From Octopus vulgaris (Eukaryota): 64,000 nt of DNA. Of the stretch, positions 29,186 to 42,925 are shown piece by piece. The stretch spans positions 151,962,001 to 152,026,000 of the forward strand of contig OX597816.1 of assembly GCA_951406725.2 (NCBI GenBank), in the 5' to 3' direction. Under the pieces are notes generated by a model, which saw only the letters and a program-made list of their open reading frames with translations, did not search any database and was not told where the DNA came from. Within the stretch, counting starts at the first letter, position 1, and each line of letters begins with the position of its first letter. The position numbers were made by a program, and so were the translations under genes.

Positions 29186-29805
29186 AGCATGCAGACAAAA
29201 CTATCCAGGTAGAAAGCACCATGCAAATGTGGCCGATGCCAGCGCTGGCTTGACTAGCATCTGTGCCAGTGGCACATAAAAAGCACCAACCGATCGTGGC
29301 TACTGCCAGCCTACCCACCCCTTGTGCCGGTGGAACGTAAAATGCACCCACTATACTCACAGAGTGGTTGGCATTAGGAAGGGCATCCAGCTGTAGAAAC
29401 ACTACCCGATCACTGGAGCCTGGTGCAGCCTCCTGGCTTCCCAGACCCCAGTCGACCCATCCAACCCATGCTAGCAGGGGAAATGGACGTTAAATGATGA
29501 TGATGATGATACAGTTGACTCAGGGATATAATAGAAGACAATTGTCCATCATGTCAAACAAATGGACTGAACTTGAAAAAATTTGGTTCTGAAGTGAACT
29601 AAACAGCCATGCTTCTACCTATTATTTGAGTATTTATTTATTATTATGGTTATGGCACAGAATAATAAATTCCATTTCCCGAATAAGTTTCAAAAACATG
29701 TAGGATTTGCATTCAATGAGTTGTGTAGCAACATATGGGTGTGCATTCATGGAAAGAAAAGAATACTTAGAATGTGGTATATATATATATATATATATAT
29801 GATGA

Positions 29806-29845
<40 letters not shown>

Positions 29846-29872
29846 ATATTTTTTTATTTATTATATAGAAGG

Positions 29873-29923
29873 AGCTTCTACAGGACTAGTACTGTTTCAT
29901 TCAAGAGAAATCTTCAGGAAGCT
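29873..29923 (-). ncRNA. Type I hammerhead ribozyme (sense copy of the PLE terminus)
   Basis: agcttc CTGAAGA tttc tctt gaat GAAA cag tactagtc ctg TA gaagct. Confidence 0.85.
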
Positions 29924-30273
29924 ATTTAACAAGAATTGTATTAGCATTTATACATTTAGGCAGGTTTAAAGGAGTGGTGGTGGGGGGCTTTTTTGGGGGT
30001 AGGCATAGCGCAAAATATCATACTTGGGGGAGTGGTCAAGGAGTCAGTGGTAAGTTAGATGAAAGAATAGATAAATAAAAAAATAAATAAAAAAATAAAA
30101 AAATAAAAAAATAAAAAAATAAAAAAATAAAAAAATAAAAAATATATATAAAAAATATATATATAAAAAATATATATATAAAAAAAGGGGGGATAGAGTT
30201 ATAGGTAAATAAGGAGATTCTCACTTATACCTATACACATATGTATACGTATCTACACACATATATATACACA

Positions 30274-30307
<34 letters not shown>

Positions 30308-30584
30308 CATATACATATATACACACATACATACATATCTACATACACACATACATACACCCGCCCACATATACAAATTTATACACATGCACATGCATAT
30401 ACCTGTCTACACATACACACACGTATATATGCATACACTCACTCCCATGCATGCACGCATACACACATGTATATATATACCCACGACCACACATACATAT
30501 ATACACAGAAAAATATATATTCATACGCACATACACTCATGCACACACAACACACCTAGTTCCCTATATACACATATTTACACC

Positions 30585-30616
<32 letters not shown>

Positions 30617-30721
30617 CATATACACGCATACATATATATACATGTGTGCACATACATACATATACACACATACATACACATACACATACACATGTGTACC
30701 TATACATACTTACACATACAC

Positions 30722-30772
<51 letters not shown>

Positions 30773-31163
30773 CCAATACAGGCCCATTCCCTAATTTTAA
30801 TTTTATTATCTTCATTTATTACTTTTGTTATCTTTGATCGCTAGAGCTAAGGATCCTGGCTATGGCAGCATGTCCATTTGTCTGTCTACTAGAAGGCAAG
30901 TACTCATTCCCGCACGCACACTCATTAGCACGTACATTCACCCATTCGTACACTCATACACATACACGTACGCACGCGTTATATTCATACATACAAACAT
31001 CTACATACGTTCACGTATATACACATACGTACTCGTACCTACAGATTCGTGTCTACACTTTAGGAGGCTAGTCTATACATATACACCAATAAATATACAT
31101 ATATATATATATATACACATATACATACACACACACACATATACTCCTACATACAGGTACATA

Positions 31164-31221
<58 letters not shown>

Positions 31222-31427
31222 CATACACATACACACATATATATACACACACATACATACACATATATATACATACACAAACATATATACACACATATAT
31301 ATATATATATATATACACACATACACACACATACATACATATACACACAAACACATACATACGTATACATACATACATACATCCATACATCCATACTTAC
31401 ATGCATTTATACGCATACACACACCCA

Positions 31428-31462
<35 letters not shown>

Positions 31463-31538
31463 TCACACATACATATACAAATATACGCACACACATACAT
31501 ACATACACGTATACACATACACGCACATACACATATAC

Positions 31539-31933
31539 ATGCGTACCCATACACGTGCACACACGCACGCGCATCCATATATATACACACACACACATAT
31601 ATACACGTGTGCAAGCATACATACATACTCATACACGCACACATACTTACATATACATATATGCACACACTTACACACATATATACATACACATATACAT
31701 GCATACATACATATATGCATACATACACATACACGCACATACACATATACATGCGTACCCATACACGTGCACACACGCACGCGCATCCATATGTATATAT
31801 ACACACACACACATATATACACGTGTGCAAGCATACATACATACTCATACACGCACACATACTTACATATACATATATGCACACACTTACACACATATAT
31901 ACATACACATATACATGCATACATACATATATG

Positions 31934-31940
<7 letters not shown>
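31539..31940. repeat. Higher-order tandem duplication (212-bp period) of a compound microsatellite
   Basis: atgcgtacccatacacgtgcacacacgcacgcgcatccat starts at 31539 and 31751, with matching downstream sequence. Confidence 0.8.
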
Positions 31941-32003
<63 letters not shown>

Positions 32004-32155
32004 TACATACACATACACACATACATACACATACACATACACATACATACATATATATACACATATATACACATATACACATACATATATACACATATAC
32101 ATACATATACATACACACACACATACATATATACATATACACTGATACACATACC

Positions 32156-32205
<50 letters not shown>

Positions 32206-32296
32206 TATACACATGCATATACTTATATCTCTACATACTCACATATAAACATATATATATATACACACACACATATATATACATGTACATACACAT

Positions 32297-32362
<66 letters not shown>

Positions 32363-33252
32363 TACATATACACATATACATGTATACATACGCAATAATG
32401 ATACACATATATACACATACACACACACAGACAGATGCATATACATACATATATATATAAATTACATATCTATATAAATACATACATAATACACATATAC
32501 ACACACATATATATACATGCATATACATATACAAATATACATACACATACATACACACACACGCGCACACATACATATACACACACACATATACAAATAC
32601 ATACATACACACATACACACACACACATATATACATACATGTACACATATACATATATATATATCAACAAGGGAGGGTAAAGTTAATTAGTTATTAATAT
32701 TTCACCAAGTATTCAGTATGTAAAGGGACCATTATTATTTTGAGTAAACAATGTTAGAGGGAAAAAAATTCTCTAAGTAGTGGAAGAGGCTAAAAAACTT
32801 TATTGGCTGCTATTTCTAGAAAGTTTAGTATGTGGCAAAGTAATTTATTTTATTTTACTAAGCCCTAATTATATAATATTTTATACATACATACACATAC
32901 ATAAACACATACATTTACACATACATATGCATATACGTATATACACATATACATACAAACACATATACATATATACACACACACACACATACAAGCACAT
33001 ACATATATATATATATATATATATATGCAAATATATATACATATATATATTTTTACATGCATACATACACACACACACACATAATACATGCGTATATTCC
33101 TACTGTACCCATGCATTTCTATACATATATACATACATACGATACACATATACAAGCGTGCACATACAATATGTGAAAGGTCTTAGGAGAAAAGGTAATC
33201 GGGGGTGCTAGGGGAACAGTGGGGTTGGGGGGGGGTTGTAGGGGGGTTGTCA

Positions 33253-33757
33253 TCAATCAGGTTGCCGGGTAGGTCTATAGTTCTTGTAGTTCGCATACTT
33301 CTTATACATGCAATTTGGGGAGTGTTCTGAAAATTTGTTAAGGAGAGGGCCTTTGGCGAACAAGATCTCTAGGCTCTCTGATATGCATAGGTCACAGCAG
33401 GTATGTCCTCCTGTGTACGAGCGCGCCTTCTGTAGTAGTTTCCACTTGGTCTTGAAGGGGATTGAGTTCCTTTAAGGTACCAGATGTGGGCGGCGAGGGT
33501 AGTTTGGTTGGATTTATCCTGTCGCCGGAACGAGTGTGTGTGTGCATACCAGCGGGTCTTAAAGCTGTTTGACGTCATTCCAATGTAGGATTTACTTTTA
33601 TCGTCAAGGCCTGATCTTACCTCGCATTTATATACTAGGTCCCTCTGTAGGCAGTTGTTGTTGAGGGGGCCGGTGGTTTTATCATGGCAGTTGCAACTGC
33701 TATCGGACGTTAGATGGGCCCCGGAGAAAGTAGATATGTTAAGTTTTTTCACATTGT
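33253..33757 (-). pseudogene. PLE GIY-YIG endonuclease C-terminal remnant with one frameshift
   Basis: CNCHDKTTGPLNNNCLQRDLVYKCEV...YIGMTSNSFKTRWYAHTHSFR...LAAHIWYLK, then in a shifted frame KWKLLQKARSY...CDLCISESLEIL...LLNKFSE...PD*. Confidence 0.88.
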
Positions 33758-33774
33758 TGATGTATGTATGTGTG

Positions 33775-33823
<49 letters not shown>

Positions 33824-34160
33824 ATATATATGTGTGTAGATACGTATACATATGTGTATAGGTATAAGTGAGAATCTCCTTATTTACCTATAACTCTATC
33901 CCCCCTTTTTTTATATATATATTTTTTATATATATATTTTTTATATATATTTTTTATTTTTTTATTTTTTTATTTTTTTATTTTTTTATTTTTTTATTTA
34001 TTTTTTTATTTATCTAGTCTTTCATCTAACTTACCACTGACTCCTTGACCACTCCCCCAAGTATGATATTTTGCGCTATGCCTACCCCCAAAAAAGCCCC
34101 CCACCACCACTCCTTTAAACCTGCCTAAATGTATAAATGCTAATACAATTCTTGTTAAAT

Positions 34161-34211
34161 AGCTTCCTGAAGATTTCTCTTGAATGAAACAGTACTAGTC
34201 CTGTAGAAGCT
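34161..34211 (+). ncRNA. Type I hammerhead ribozyme (inverted pseudo-LTR copy)
   Basis: Reverse complement of 29873-29923. Confidence 0.85.
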
Positions 34212-34329
34212 CCTTCTATATAATAAATTAATTTTACTCTGCTATGTATTGAGTACCTTACTTACTGTGGTTAACCCCGAATCAACCCGGGACCTACATA
34301 TATATGATGATATATAGATATATATATGT

Positions 34330-34371
<42 letters not shown>

Positions 34372-34822
34372 TCATATATATATATATATATATGATGGAC
34401 TCTCCTGTCAAAGATGATGCATGAGTGCTTAGCAAGAAAACAGAATGAAAGATGAAAAATTCCAACCTAATAGACAATCAACAACACACTCACACTACTA
34501 TTACTACCATTTACCAATGTTTATGATTCATTTACTACACCTGGTGACTTCTCATGTGATAGACCCATCAACTGTGTATATAAGTGTATATATAAAAGAT
34601 AAAAAATGACATGCTGTATAACCGAACCAAGTGAAACTGAGTTTATAGAATGAGGTATATTTTGAAAAATCACCTGACAAGACACATCTGTACTGAAAAA
34701 TGCACTATAACCATACATACATACATACATACATACATACATACATACATACATACATACATACATACATACATACATACATACATACATAAATGCATGC
34801 ATATATACATACATACATACAT

Positions 34823-34876
<54 letters not shown>

Positions 34877-35010
34877 CTTGAATGTGTTGTATCCAGGTAT
34901 AAGTGGCCTATCTGGTGTGTGTTGAAGAAATTTGTCCAAGATTCCATTTAAAGGTGATGGGATCTTTTTCCTCTTTGATTTGTTTTGGGACAATGTTAAA
35001 TAGGGCATAC

Positions 35011-35043
<33 letters not shown>

Positions 35044-35065
35044 TGTATGTATGTATGCATGTATG

Positions 35066-35297
35066 TATTTCTTTACTACCCACAAGGGGCTAAACATAGA
35101 GGGGACAAACAAGGACAGACAAACGGATTAAGTCGATTACATCGACCCCAGTGGGTAACTGGTACTTAATTTATCGACCCCGAAAGGATGAAAGGCAAAG
35201 TCGACCTCGGCGGAATTTGAACTCACAACGTAACGACAGACGAAATACCGCTAAGCATTTTGCCCGGCGCGCTAACGTTTCTGCCAGCTCGCCGCCA
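35066..35297 (-). mobile_element. tRNA-derived SINE family B (Meta-domain-like) inserted in (TATG)n
   Basis: ggcggcgagctggcagaa...gagttcaaattcc B-box; gcctttcatcctttcggggtcgataaattaagtacc resembles the MetaSINE central domain. Confidence 0.85.
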
Positions 35298-36289
35298 TAT
35301 GTATGCATGTATGTATGTATGTATGTATGTATGTATGTATGTATGTATGTATGTATGTATGAATGTATGTATGTATGTATGTATGTATACACACACATAC
35401 ACATATGCATATATACATACATACATGTATGTATATATGTATAAAAAAAAACAAAAAAAAACATTCGAGCAAGGTTGTTGCCAGTGCCACTGGACTGGCT
35501 CTTGTACAGGTGGCACGTAAAAAACAGCATTTGAACATGACCATTGCCAGTACCGCCTGACTGGCCCTTGTGCCAGTGGCACGTAAAAGCACCCACTACA
35601 CTCTCGGAGTGGTAGGCGTTAGGAAGGGCATCCAGCTGTAGAAACTCTGCCAGATCAAAATTGGAGCCTGGTTTGCCAGTCCTCAGTCAAATCGTCCAAC
35701 CCATGCTAGCATGGAAAGCGGATGTTAAACAATTATGATGATGATGTATGCATGTATATATCTATGTATTTATTATGCTGCTTATGGAGATTAATATAAT
35801 GTCAGCAATATGATACAGGTATGCATATGTAATGCATTGGTAATATTGCGGTTTTTATTTGTTGATGGAGAATATCAATGAACCTTGAAACACCAGGGCA
35901 ATTTCTATGTAATTGGAACCGTGCAGTACTGCAATAGCTGAATCTCTTTTAATCAACATTTAAATCACATGTTTCAAGACAGCACCACCAACATCACCAC
36001 CACCACCACCACCACCAAAATCGTGACGAATTGACAAGTGCTGATATTAATGAAAGGCAAATAAAGTCAATCAGTGGAATTTGCATCTGTCTTCATCCAT
36101 ACATGTCATATGACCATACTCTCTGGCCCACTCCTATATTCTTTATCATTTCCCAAACTGAGATTCTTCACTGTCCACATCCCCAGCCATGTTCACTATT
36201 CACTATATTCACTTCTATCCTCATTTCTGGCATTTCAAACTCCTGTCAACTTACCCACCCAGCTATTTTCAATTCTCTGTCTCTAATCA

Positions 36290-37580
36290 ACTGCTGTAAT
36301 CAACTCATCGAGTTTCTTGAGGATGTTACCCAAATCACTGATCGCGGATCCTGGGTGGATGTTGTTTACCTGGACTTTGCTAAGGCTTTTAACTTTGTGC
36401 CACACAAAAGACTTATGGTGAAGCTTTCTGCGTTGGGTGTAAGAGACGAACTCTATAACTGGTTAAAGTCCTTTATTTTCGGCCGAAAAGAGGTTGTCAC
36501 AGTTCTAGGACAGCACTCTTCGCCCTATGAGATGACATCTGGTGTGCCGCAGGGATCTGTTCTTGGCCCCCTTTTATTTGTTGCATATGTTAATGACATA
36601 GATGCCAACTTAAAGAATGCCACAGTGCTGAAATATGCAGATGACATCAAGCTGTACCTCGAAATAAAGAGGTCAAATCCTATACACTATGGATCTCTAT
36701 TGCAAGCAGACCTGGACACAATGCAGCAGTGGATCATGGACTGGCAACTCAAGCTGGCTGTGGACAAATGTACCACCATGCATTTTGGGAGGAGAAACCC
36801 AGCGTCCACCTACCCCTCCACAACACTAGTCTCAAAAAGTCTTCAAGTGAACGTGACCTGGGTGTTATTGTCGACAGTGATTTGCGTTGGACAAAACACA
36901 TAGCCAAAATTGTCAAGAAGGCTGAGGGTGTCTTGGCATCACTCACCAAATCCTTTGTGAGCCGCTCTCCGGCTATCTATCTGCAGCTTTATATAGCTAT
37001 GGTAAGACCTCACCTGGAATTTGCATCACCGGTCTGGAACCCCTATCTTGCCCAGGACATCAATCGTCTGGAAGCTGTTCAGCGACGTGCAACCAAAAGA
37101 ATACCCTCCATCAGGCATTTGCCATATCCTGAACGCCTTACTTCCCTGGGCATGGACACATTGAAACTCCGACGTCTGGCAGCTGACCTGGCAGACACCC
37201 ATAAAATTATCAACCATCGCACAAACAATAACACTGAGCACCTCTTCAAACTCCACCCATCTAACACCCGTGGACATATTTACAAAGTAAGAAAACAGCA
37301 CAGCTCCCATGACTTCAGGAAACATTTTTTCATGCTGAGAGTTGCTGAAGTGTGGAACAAACTGCCGGCATCGGTTGTTAGTTGTCGGAGCACTGCATCC
37401 TTCAAGACTTCCATGCTTCCTGAGATTCGCCAACACTACACTTGATTTTCTCCCCTCCATACACACACAAGCATGTTCACTTTCCAGACATTTCTACATT
37501 ACTGCATGTACTTTATATGCACTTTCTGACAAGTTGTGGTGCACCTGAGCACTGTATACAATAATTTCATTATTATTATT
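36290..37580 (+). mobile_element. 5'-truncated CR1-group LINE (RT domain to 3' end), frameshift near 36815
   Basis: VDVVYLDFAKAF, SGVPQGSVLGPLLF, KYADDIKL, ERDLGV, VRPHLEFASPVWNP, LEAVQRRATK, NTRGH; 3' end gtgcacctgagcactgta followed by (ATT)n. Confidence 0.93.
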
Positions 37581-37989
37581 TTTATTCTCTCTTTGTCCAC
37601 CTTCTTGTGCTTTGAGGGTGTGTCCTGTCACCTCATCTCTACAATCTTTTCTCCATTTTCTCTTTGTGGTAGCCATTTATCTCCTTCCCCTCTATAGTAA
37701 AGCACCTGTTGCTATCCCTCTATCATAATTCAGCCTCTCAACACATGGCACAAAGCCACCTTCCTCAATGCTGCACCCCAACTACTGTCAAGGGGTTTTG
37801 TCATGCAAGTTACTTGATGATCTCAATAGTGGTGGTTGCTATGAACAAAGCATCCAGTCAGCACACACTGTAAAGTGGTTAGGGTTAGAAAGAGCACCCA
37901 GCCATAGAAACCATGCCAAAAGAGAGAAAGAGAGAGAGGGCAGAGGAGAGAGAGAGAGAGAGGATAGCAGATAGAGAGAGGGAGGATAG

Positions 37990-38036
<47 letters not shown>

Positions 38037-38908
38037 AGCAGATAGAGAGAGGGAGGATAGAAAGAGAGAGAGAGAAGATAGATAGAGGGAGGATAGAGAC
38101 AGGGAGGATAGAAAGAGAGAGGATAAATAGAGGGCGGATAGAGATAGGGAAGATAGAAAAAAGAAGAGAGAGAAGTGAAAGCAGAAGAGTGGAAGAAATA
38201 ACACTGTAATGGGTCTTGGATTTAAAGATTTTCAATAAGTGAAGTTTTATTGATTAGATCAATAGCTTTCTTCTGAATGCTGTCTAGAATGTAAGTAATC
38301 AGGTATAGATGCAGAACAGTACAATAGGGTCTTGTGCAGTCAACACATATCCAACTAGAGTAAGTATATTTTGGTTCTGCAAGCCAAACATCAACATCAG
38401 CTTTGATACTGTTACTTGGGTGTAATGACAGATGCATACTTATACACAGATTTAGGCTTTCACCTAAATACCATATAGTCTATGATAAACTTTGTTGTGT
38501 ACATACATGTCTATGTGTGTGTATATAGTTTATTTAAGATGCTCCAGTGGTATGCTGCTCTGGAGTTTCCAAGGTGTGCAACAACTTCTTTAGACAAGAT
38601 AGAAATAAGTGAATATTGGCAGTGCAACCCTTTCCATGCTCTGTCATGTAGATTTTCATTGTTTTACATCTGTTTTTCTATATCAGTATGGGTTAGACAA
38701 ACATATTATCAAGGTATTACTTCTTATTGCTTTTTATGTTTTTCCATTAAGGGCTCTCTTATTTCACACAGCTTCAAAGGCATAATGCAAACAGAAGATT
38801 TGTTGACCAGATTAATGAGAACTGTGTTATCTTTTATAGCATGTGATATTTAGGGAATACATAAACAAACAAATGGAAACACAGGTACTAACATGCATAT
38901 ATGTATAT

Positions 38909-39121
38909 ACAAAGTCAGAAAACAACACAGCTCCCATGACTTTCGGAAACATTTTTTCACGCTCAGAGTTGCTGAAGCATGGAATAAACTGCCTGCGTCA
39001 GTTGTTGACTGCCATGATACTGCATCCTTTAAGGCCCTCATCCTTCCCAAAATCCGCCGAAACTACACCTAATTATATATACACTTTAGATGAGTTGTAG
39101 AGCACCTGAGCACTGTACACA

Positions 39122-39155
<34 letters not shown>
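38909..39155 (+). mobile_element. Short 3' fragment of the same CR1-group LINE
   Basis: acaaagtcagaaaacaacacagctcccatgac...gcacctgagcactgtacac followed by (ATT)n. Confidence 0.88.
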
Positions 39156-39162
<7 letters not shown>

Positions 39163-39213
39163 CATCATCATCATCATTTAATGTCCATTGTCTATGGTGG
39201 CATGGGTTGGCTG

Positions 39214-39250
<37 letters not shown>

Positions 39251-39254
39251 TATG

Positions 39255-39297
<43 letters not shown>

Positions 39298-39300
<3 letters not shown>

Positions 39301-39480
39301 AGAAGGTTTGGAGGAGATATACAGGTATTATATATTAGGAGAAATAAGGTACTCAGAAATCTGGATGGCTTTATATTTACAGATATTTATTAATATGTCA
39401 CAGGTTTTATGAATCATATATTAGCGCTTATATCTGCTCTAGTAGACTCTTCAGAGTCTACTAGAGTAGATGCAAGTGTG
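39298..39480 (-). mobile_element. PLE-terminus-like fragment in (TA)n ending in a short hairpin
   Basis: Hairpin tctgctctagtagactct-tc-agagtctactagagtaga at 39433-39470; tail motif gagtacctta shared with 34251-34260. Confidence 0.55.
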
Positions 39481-40151
39481 TATATATAAATATATATATA
39501 TATGTGTATATATATAAAGCATTGGTTAGTCTGAGGCTATATAGAAGTTACTTGTCCAAGATGCTATGCAGTAGGACTGAACTTAAAACCATGTGGGTGG
39601 AAAGCAAACCTCTTAATCAAACAGTCATGCTTATGTAAATGAAAGAATCTAGTCTCTCCCTACCTATACTCCCCTCTCTCTCTCACATACACATACACAC
39701 ACACACACACGTGTGTACATGCGCATAAGGGAACATGTCCTCTGTAATTCAATGTCATTTTTGTGAAATGCAAGAACAAAGAAAATAACTTGTCTTAGTT
39801 CTCTTTATGCTTTATTTTTTACTTTCATTCCTTCTGTTTACCATTCAAATAACTTTTAATCGACTTTCATATCAACTTCATCCAAGTTCATCATTCTTCC
39901 CCTACTGCCATCGACACCATACACCAGACCCACCTTCACCACCGCTCACAGTATGCCACAGCCACTGCATCCTCCCATCCTCCATCACAACTAAACATTC
40001 TATCTCTTACTACAACTATTTACTCACCCTCTCACCATAACCAATAACTCCAACCGCCAAAATAATTTACTTCAATATGATCTTCCTAAACCCCGTCTCA
40101 GAACAAATAATAAATGGATGACCCAAATATAACATTCTTCAGGTGGCATTA

Positions 40152-40777
40152 AGGCGGCGAGCTGGCAGAAACGTTAGCATGCCGGGCGAAATGCGTAGCC
40201 GTATTTCATCTGCTGTTACGTTCTGAGTTCAAATTCCGCCGAGGTCAACTTTGCTTTTCATCCTTTTGGGGTCGATAAATTAAGTACCAGTTACGCACTG
40301 GGGTCTATATAATCGACTTAATCTGCCTGTCTGTCCTTGTTTGTCTCCTCTGTGTTTAGCCCCTTGTGGGTAGTAAAGAAATAGGTATTTCCTCTGCCTT
40401 TATGTTCTGAGTTCAAATTCCACTGAGATTGACTTTGCCTTTCATCCTTTCGAGGTTGATAACTTCAGTACCAGTTGTGTACTGGGGTTGATCTAATCGA
40501 CTGCCCCCCTCCCCTAAAATTTCGGGCCTTGTGCCTAGAGTAGAAAAGATTCCTTACTTTAAAAAGGCGATGAGCTGGCAGAATCAGTAGCATGCCAAGC
40601 GAAATGCTTAGCAGTATTTCATCTGTACATTCTGAGTTCAAATTCTACAGATGTCGACTTTGCCTTTCATCCTTTCAGGGTCAATAAATTAAATACCAGT
40701 TGCATACTGGGGTTGATCTAATCGACTGCCCCCTCCCCCCACAAAGAATTTTGGGCCTTGTGCCTAGAGTAGAACAG
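40152..40777 (+). mobile_element. Composite trimer of SINE family B units with an 18-bp TSD
   Basis: Three successive gagttcaaattc...gcctttcatcctt units; flanked by attcttcaggtggcatta (40134-40151) and attcttcaggtgacatta (40778-40795). Confidence 0.82.
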
Positions 40778-41288
40778 ATTCTTCAGGTGACATTAGCAGA
40801 ATAGTTAGAGTGTCACTGATTACTTTGTACTCATTATTCTGACTCATTGTACTCTAAATTCAAATCTTTCTGCAGTTACTTTTATATTTCATCCTTTGGA
40901 GAGTCACTACAGAATGCACTACAAAGAGTCAATACAGAGAGTTCAAGTACTGGGATTGCTATCTCTCTTACTCTCTTTTTTCCGTCTGTCTGTCTTTTTA
41001 AAAAGAAATTGGAAATAGTTAGACCTGAACAGTCTCTGCCAGGTCTGAAAATGCCCAAAATATGTCTCATGTCATAATAGTGACTTCTCCAACCCCCCAA
41101 AAAGTTGAGGGTCCAAGGCATGGCAAGTCGCTACCAAACAGAGTCTAGTGCATTAAGGGTCATGTGTATGTGTGTTCAAATTATGTTGGGAGTGTGTTGT
41201 ATGTGATACATATGTTGTATATATGTAATATGTGTGTTGTGTGTGTATAGGTATATATATATATATATTGACAAGTTTCGCTTTTTTC

Positions 41289-41374
41289 ACTTTCCTGAGG
41301 AGAAGATTGCATTGTTTATACCATTTATTCTTTTGAATAGTATCAGTGGAATTTTCGAAACATGTGTCGAAAGT
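41289..41374 (+). ncRNA. Type I hammerhead ribozyme with long stem II
   Basis: actttc CTGAGGA gaagatt...(55-nt stem-loop)...aattttc GAAA catgtg TC gaaagt; perfect 6-bp stem I; (TA)n flanks. Confidence 0.82.
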
Positions 41375-41446
41375 AAAAATATTTGATTACACCTGCGTTA
41401 AACTCCATTTCTTTATTCATATATATATATCATCATCATCATCAAG

Positions 41447-42003
41447 ATTTTGTTAGCCGCTCTCCAGCCATCTATTTAAAACTATATACAGCTATGGTAC
41501 GACCACACTTGGAATTCGCATCATCAGTTTGGAACCCCTATCTCGCTCAGAACATTGACCTTCTGGAATGTGTCCAGAGATGTGCAACCAAATGCATACC
41601 CTCCATCAGACACCTACCATATTCTGAGCGCCTTGTTTCCCTGGGCATGGATTCACTGAAGCTCCGGCATCTGGCGACGAACTTGGTAAACACCCACAAA
41701 GTTATCAACCACCTCACCAACAACAACACTGAACACCTTTTTGATCTCCATGTGTCTAACACACGTGGACATGCCTACAAAGTCAGAAAACAACACAGCT
41801 CCCATGACTTTCGGAAACATTTTTTCACACTCAGAGTTGCTGAAGCATGGAATAAACTGCCTGCATCAGTTGTTGACTGCCATGACACTGCATCCTTTAA
41901 GGCTCTCATGCTTTCCGAAATCCGCCGAAACTACACCTGATTATATATACACTTTAGATGAGTTGTAGTGCACCTGAGCACTGTACACGATTATTATTAT
42001 TAT
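41447..42003 (+). mobile_element. 3' fragment of CR1-group LINE
   Basis: FVSRSPAIYLKLYTAMVRPHLEFASSVWNPYL...; same 3' end as the 36290 copy. Confidence 0.9.
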
Positions 42004-42262
42004 TCATTTTTCAAGCTGGCTTGGGGTGGACCAGTTGATGGGAACTGGCTAACCAGAGTGGGGCTAGCACAGAGGGATAGAGGAGCTGTACTATAGAAAT
42101 GTAACAATAGTAACTTGGGTAGGTATAACTGTTGTAAGATGTCTCAGTAATATATTTTACATAATGAAAACATTATCTGTAATAAGAACCCAATAAGTGA
42201 ACAGCCCAGTTAACTGTGAAACTCAGAGCAGACTGTTAACTTTCACATACACACACACACAC

Positions 42263-42364
<102 letters not shown>

Positions 42365-42593
42365 AGGTGTATGTATATACAAAAGAGAGAGATGCATAAA
42401 AAAGAAATTCTGGCATTATGTAAAGGTGCATGTGTCTGTGGAATACTCAGTCACTGCTACAATATTATACAATGAGAAGGTAGTTTATTTCATCAAACAA
42501 CTGGAATACTCATGATTAAAACCACAGGAGTATCCATTTAACTATTTAAAATCATACACACATACACACACATAACGATAATGAGTATGTGCA

Positions 42594-42637
<44 letters not shown>

Positions 42638-42925
42638 TGTGTGTGTGTTATATGTCTAGACGTGTACAACATATATACTTTTACTTGTTTCACTCATGGG
42701 ACAGTGGCCATACTGATGCATTGCCTTGAAGAGTTTAGTAAAAACAAATCAACCCCGGTTATTTTTTGTTTTGAGTCTGCGATTTCCCTCACTAGTCTCT
42801 GTTGCTGAACTTCTAAGTTACCAGGATGTAAACAAACCAGCACAAGTTGTCAAGTGGTGCTGGGACAAACAGAAACACATACACATATTTACATATATAC
42901 ATGCATATATATATATATATATATA

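Larger units (their letters stand above)
29856..34297 (-). mobile_element. 5'-truncated Penelope-like element with inverted pseudo-LTR, GIY-YIG remnant and microsatellite-filled 3' region
   Basis: About 470-bp near-identical inverted arms (29856-30336 and 33760-34228), each with a hammerhead; GIY-YIG coding segment between them; (TA)n flanks. Confidence 0.88.

Noticed and set aside
30825-32477. 550-aa ORF and many overlapping H/T/Y/I or C/V/M/Y-rich ORFs across the window
   Set aside because: Translations of (TA)n, (CA)n and (TACA)n repeats, which lack stop codons; not genes.
36031-36290. N-terminal extension of the RT ORF as a domesticated gene
   Set aside because: Chance open frame upstream of a 5'-truncated, frameshifted CR1-group copy.
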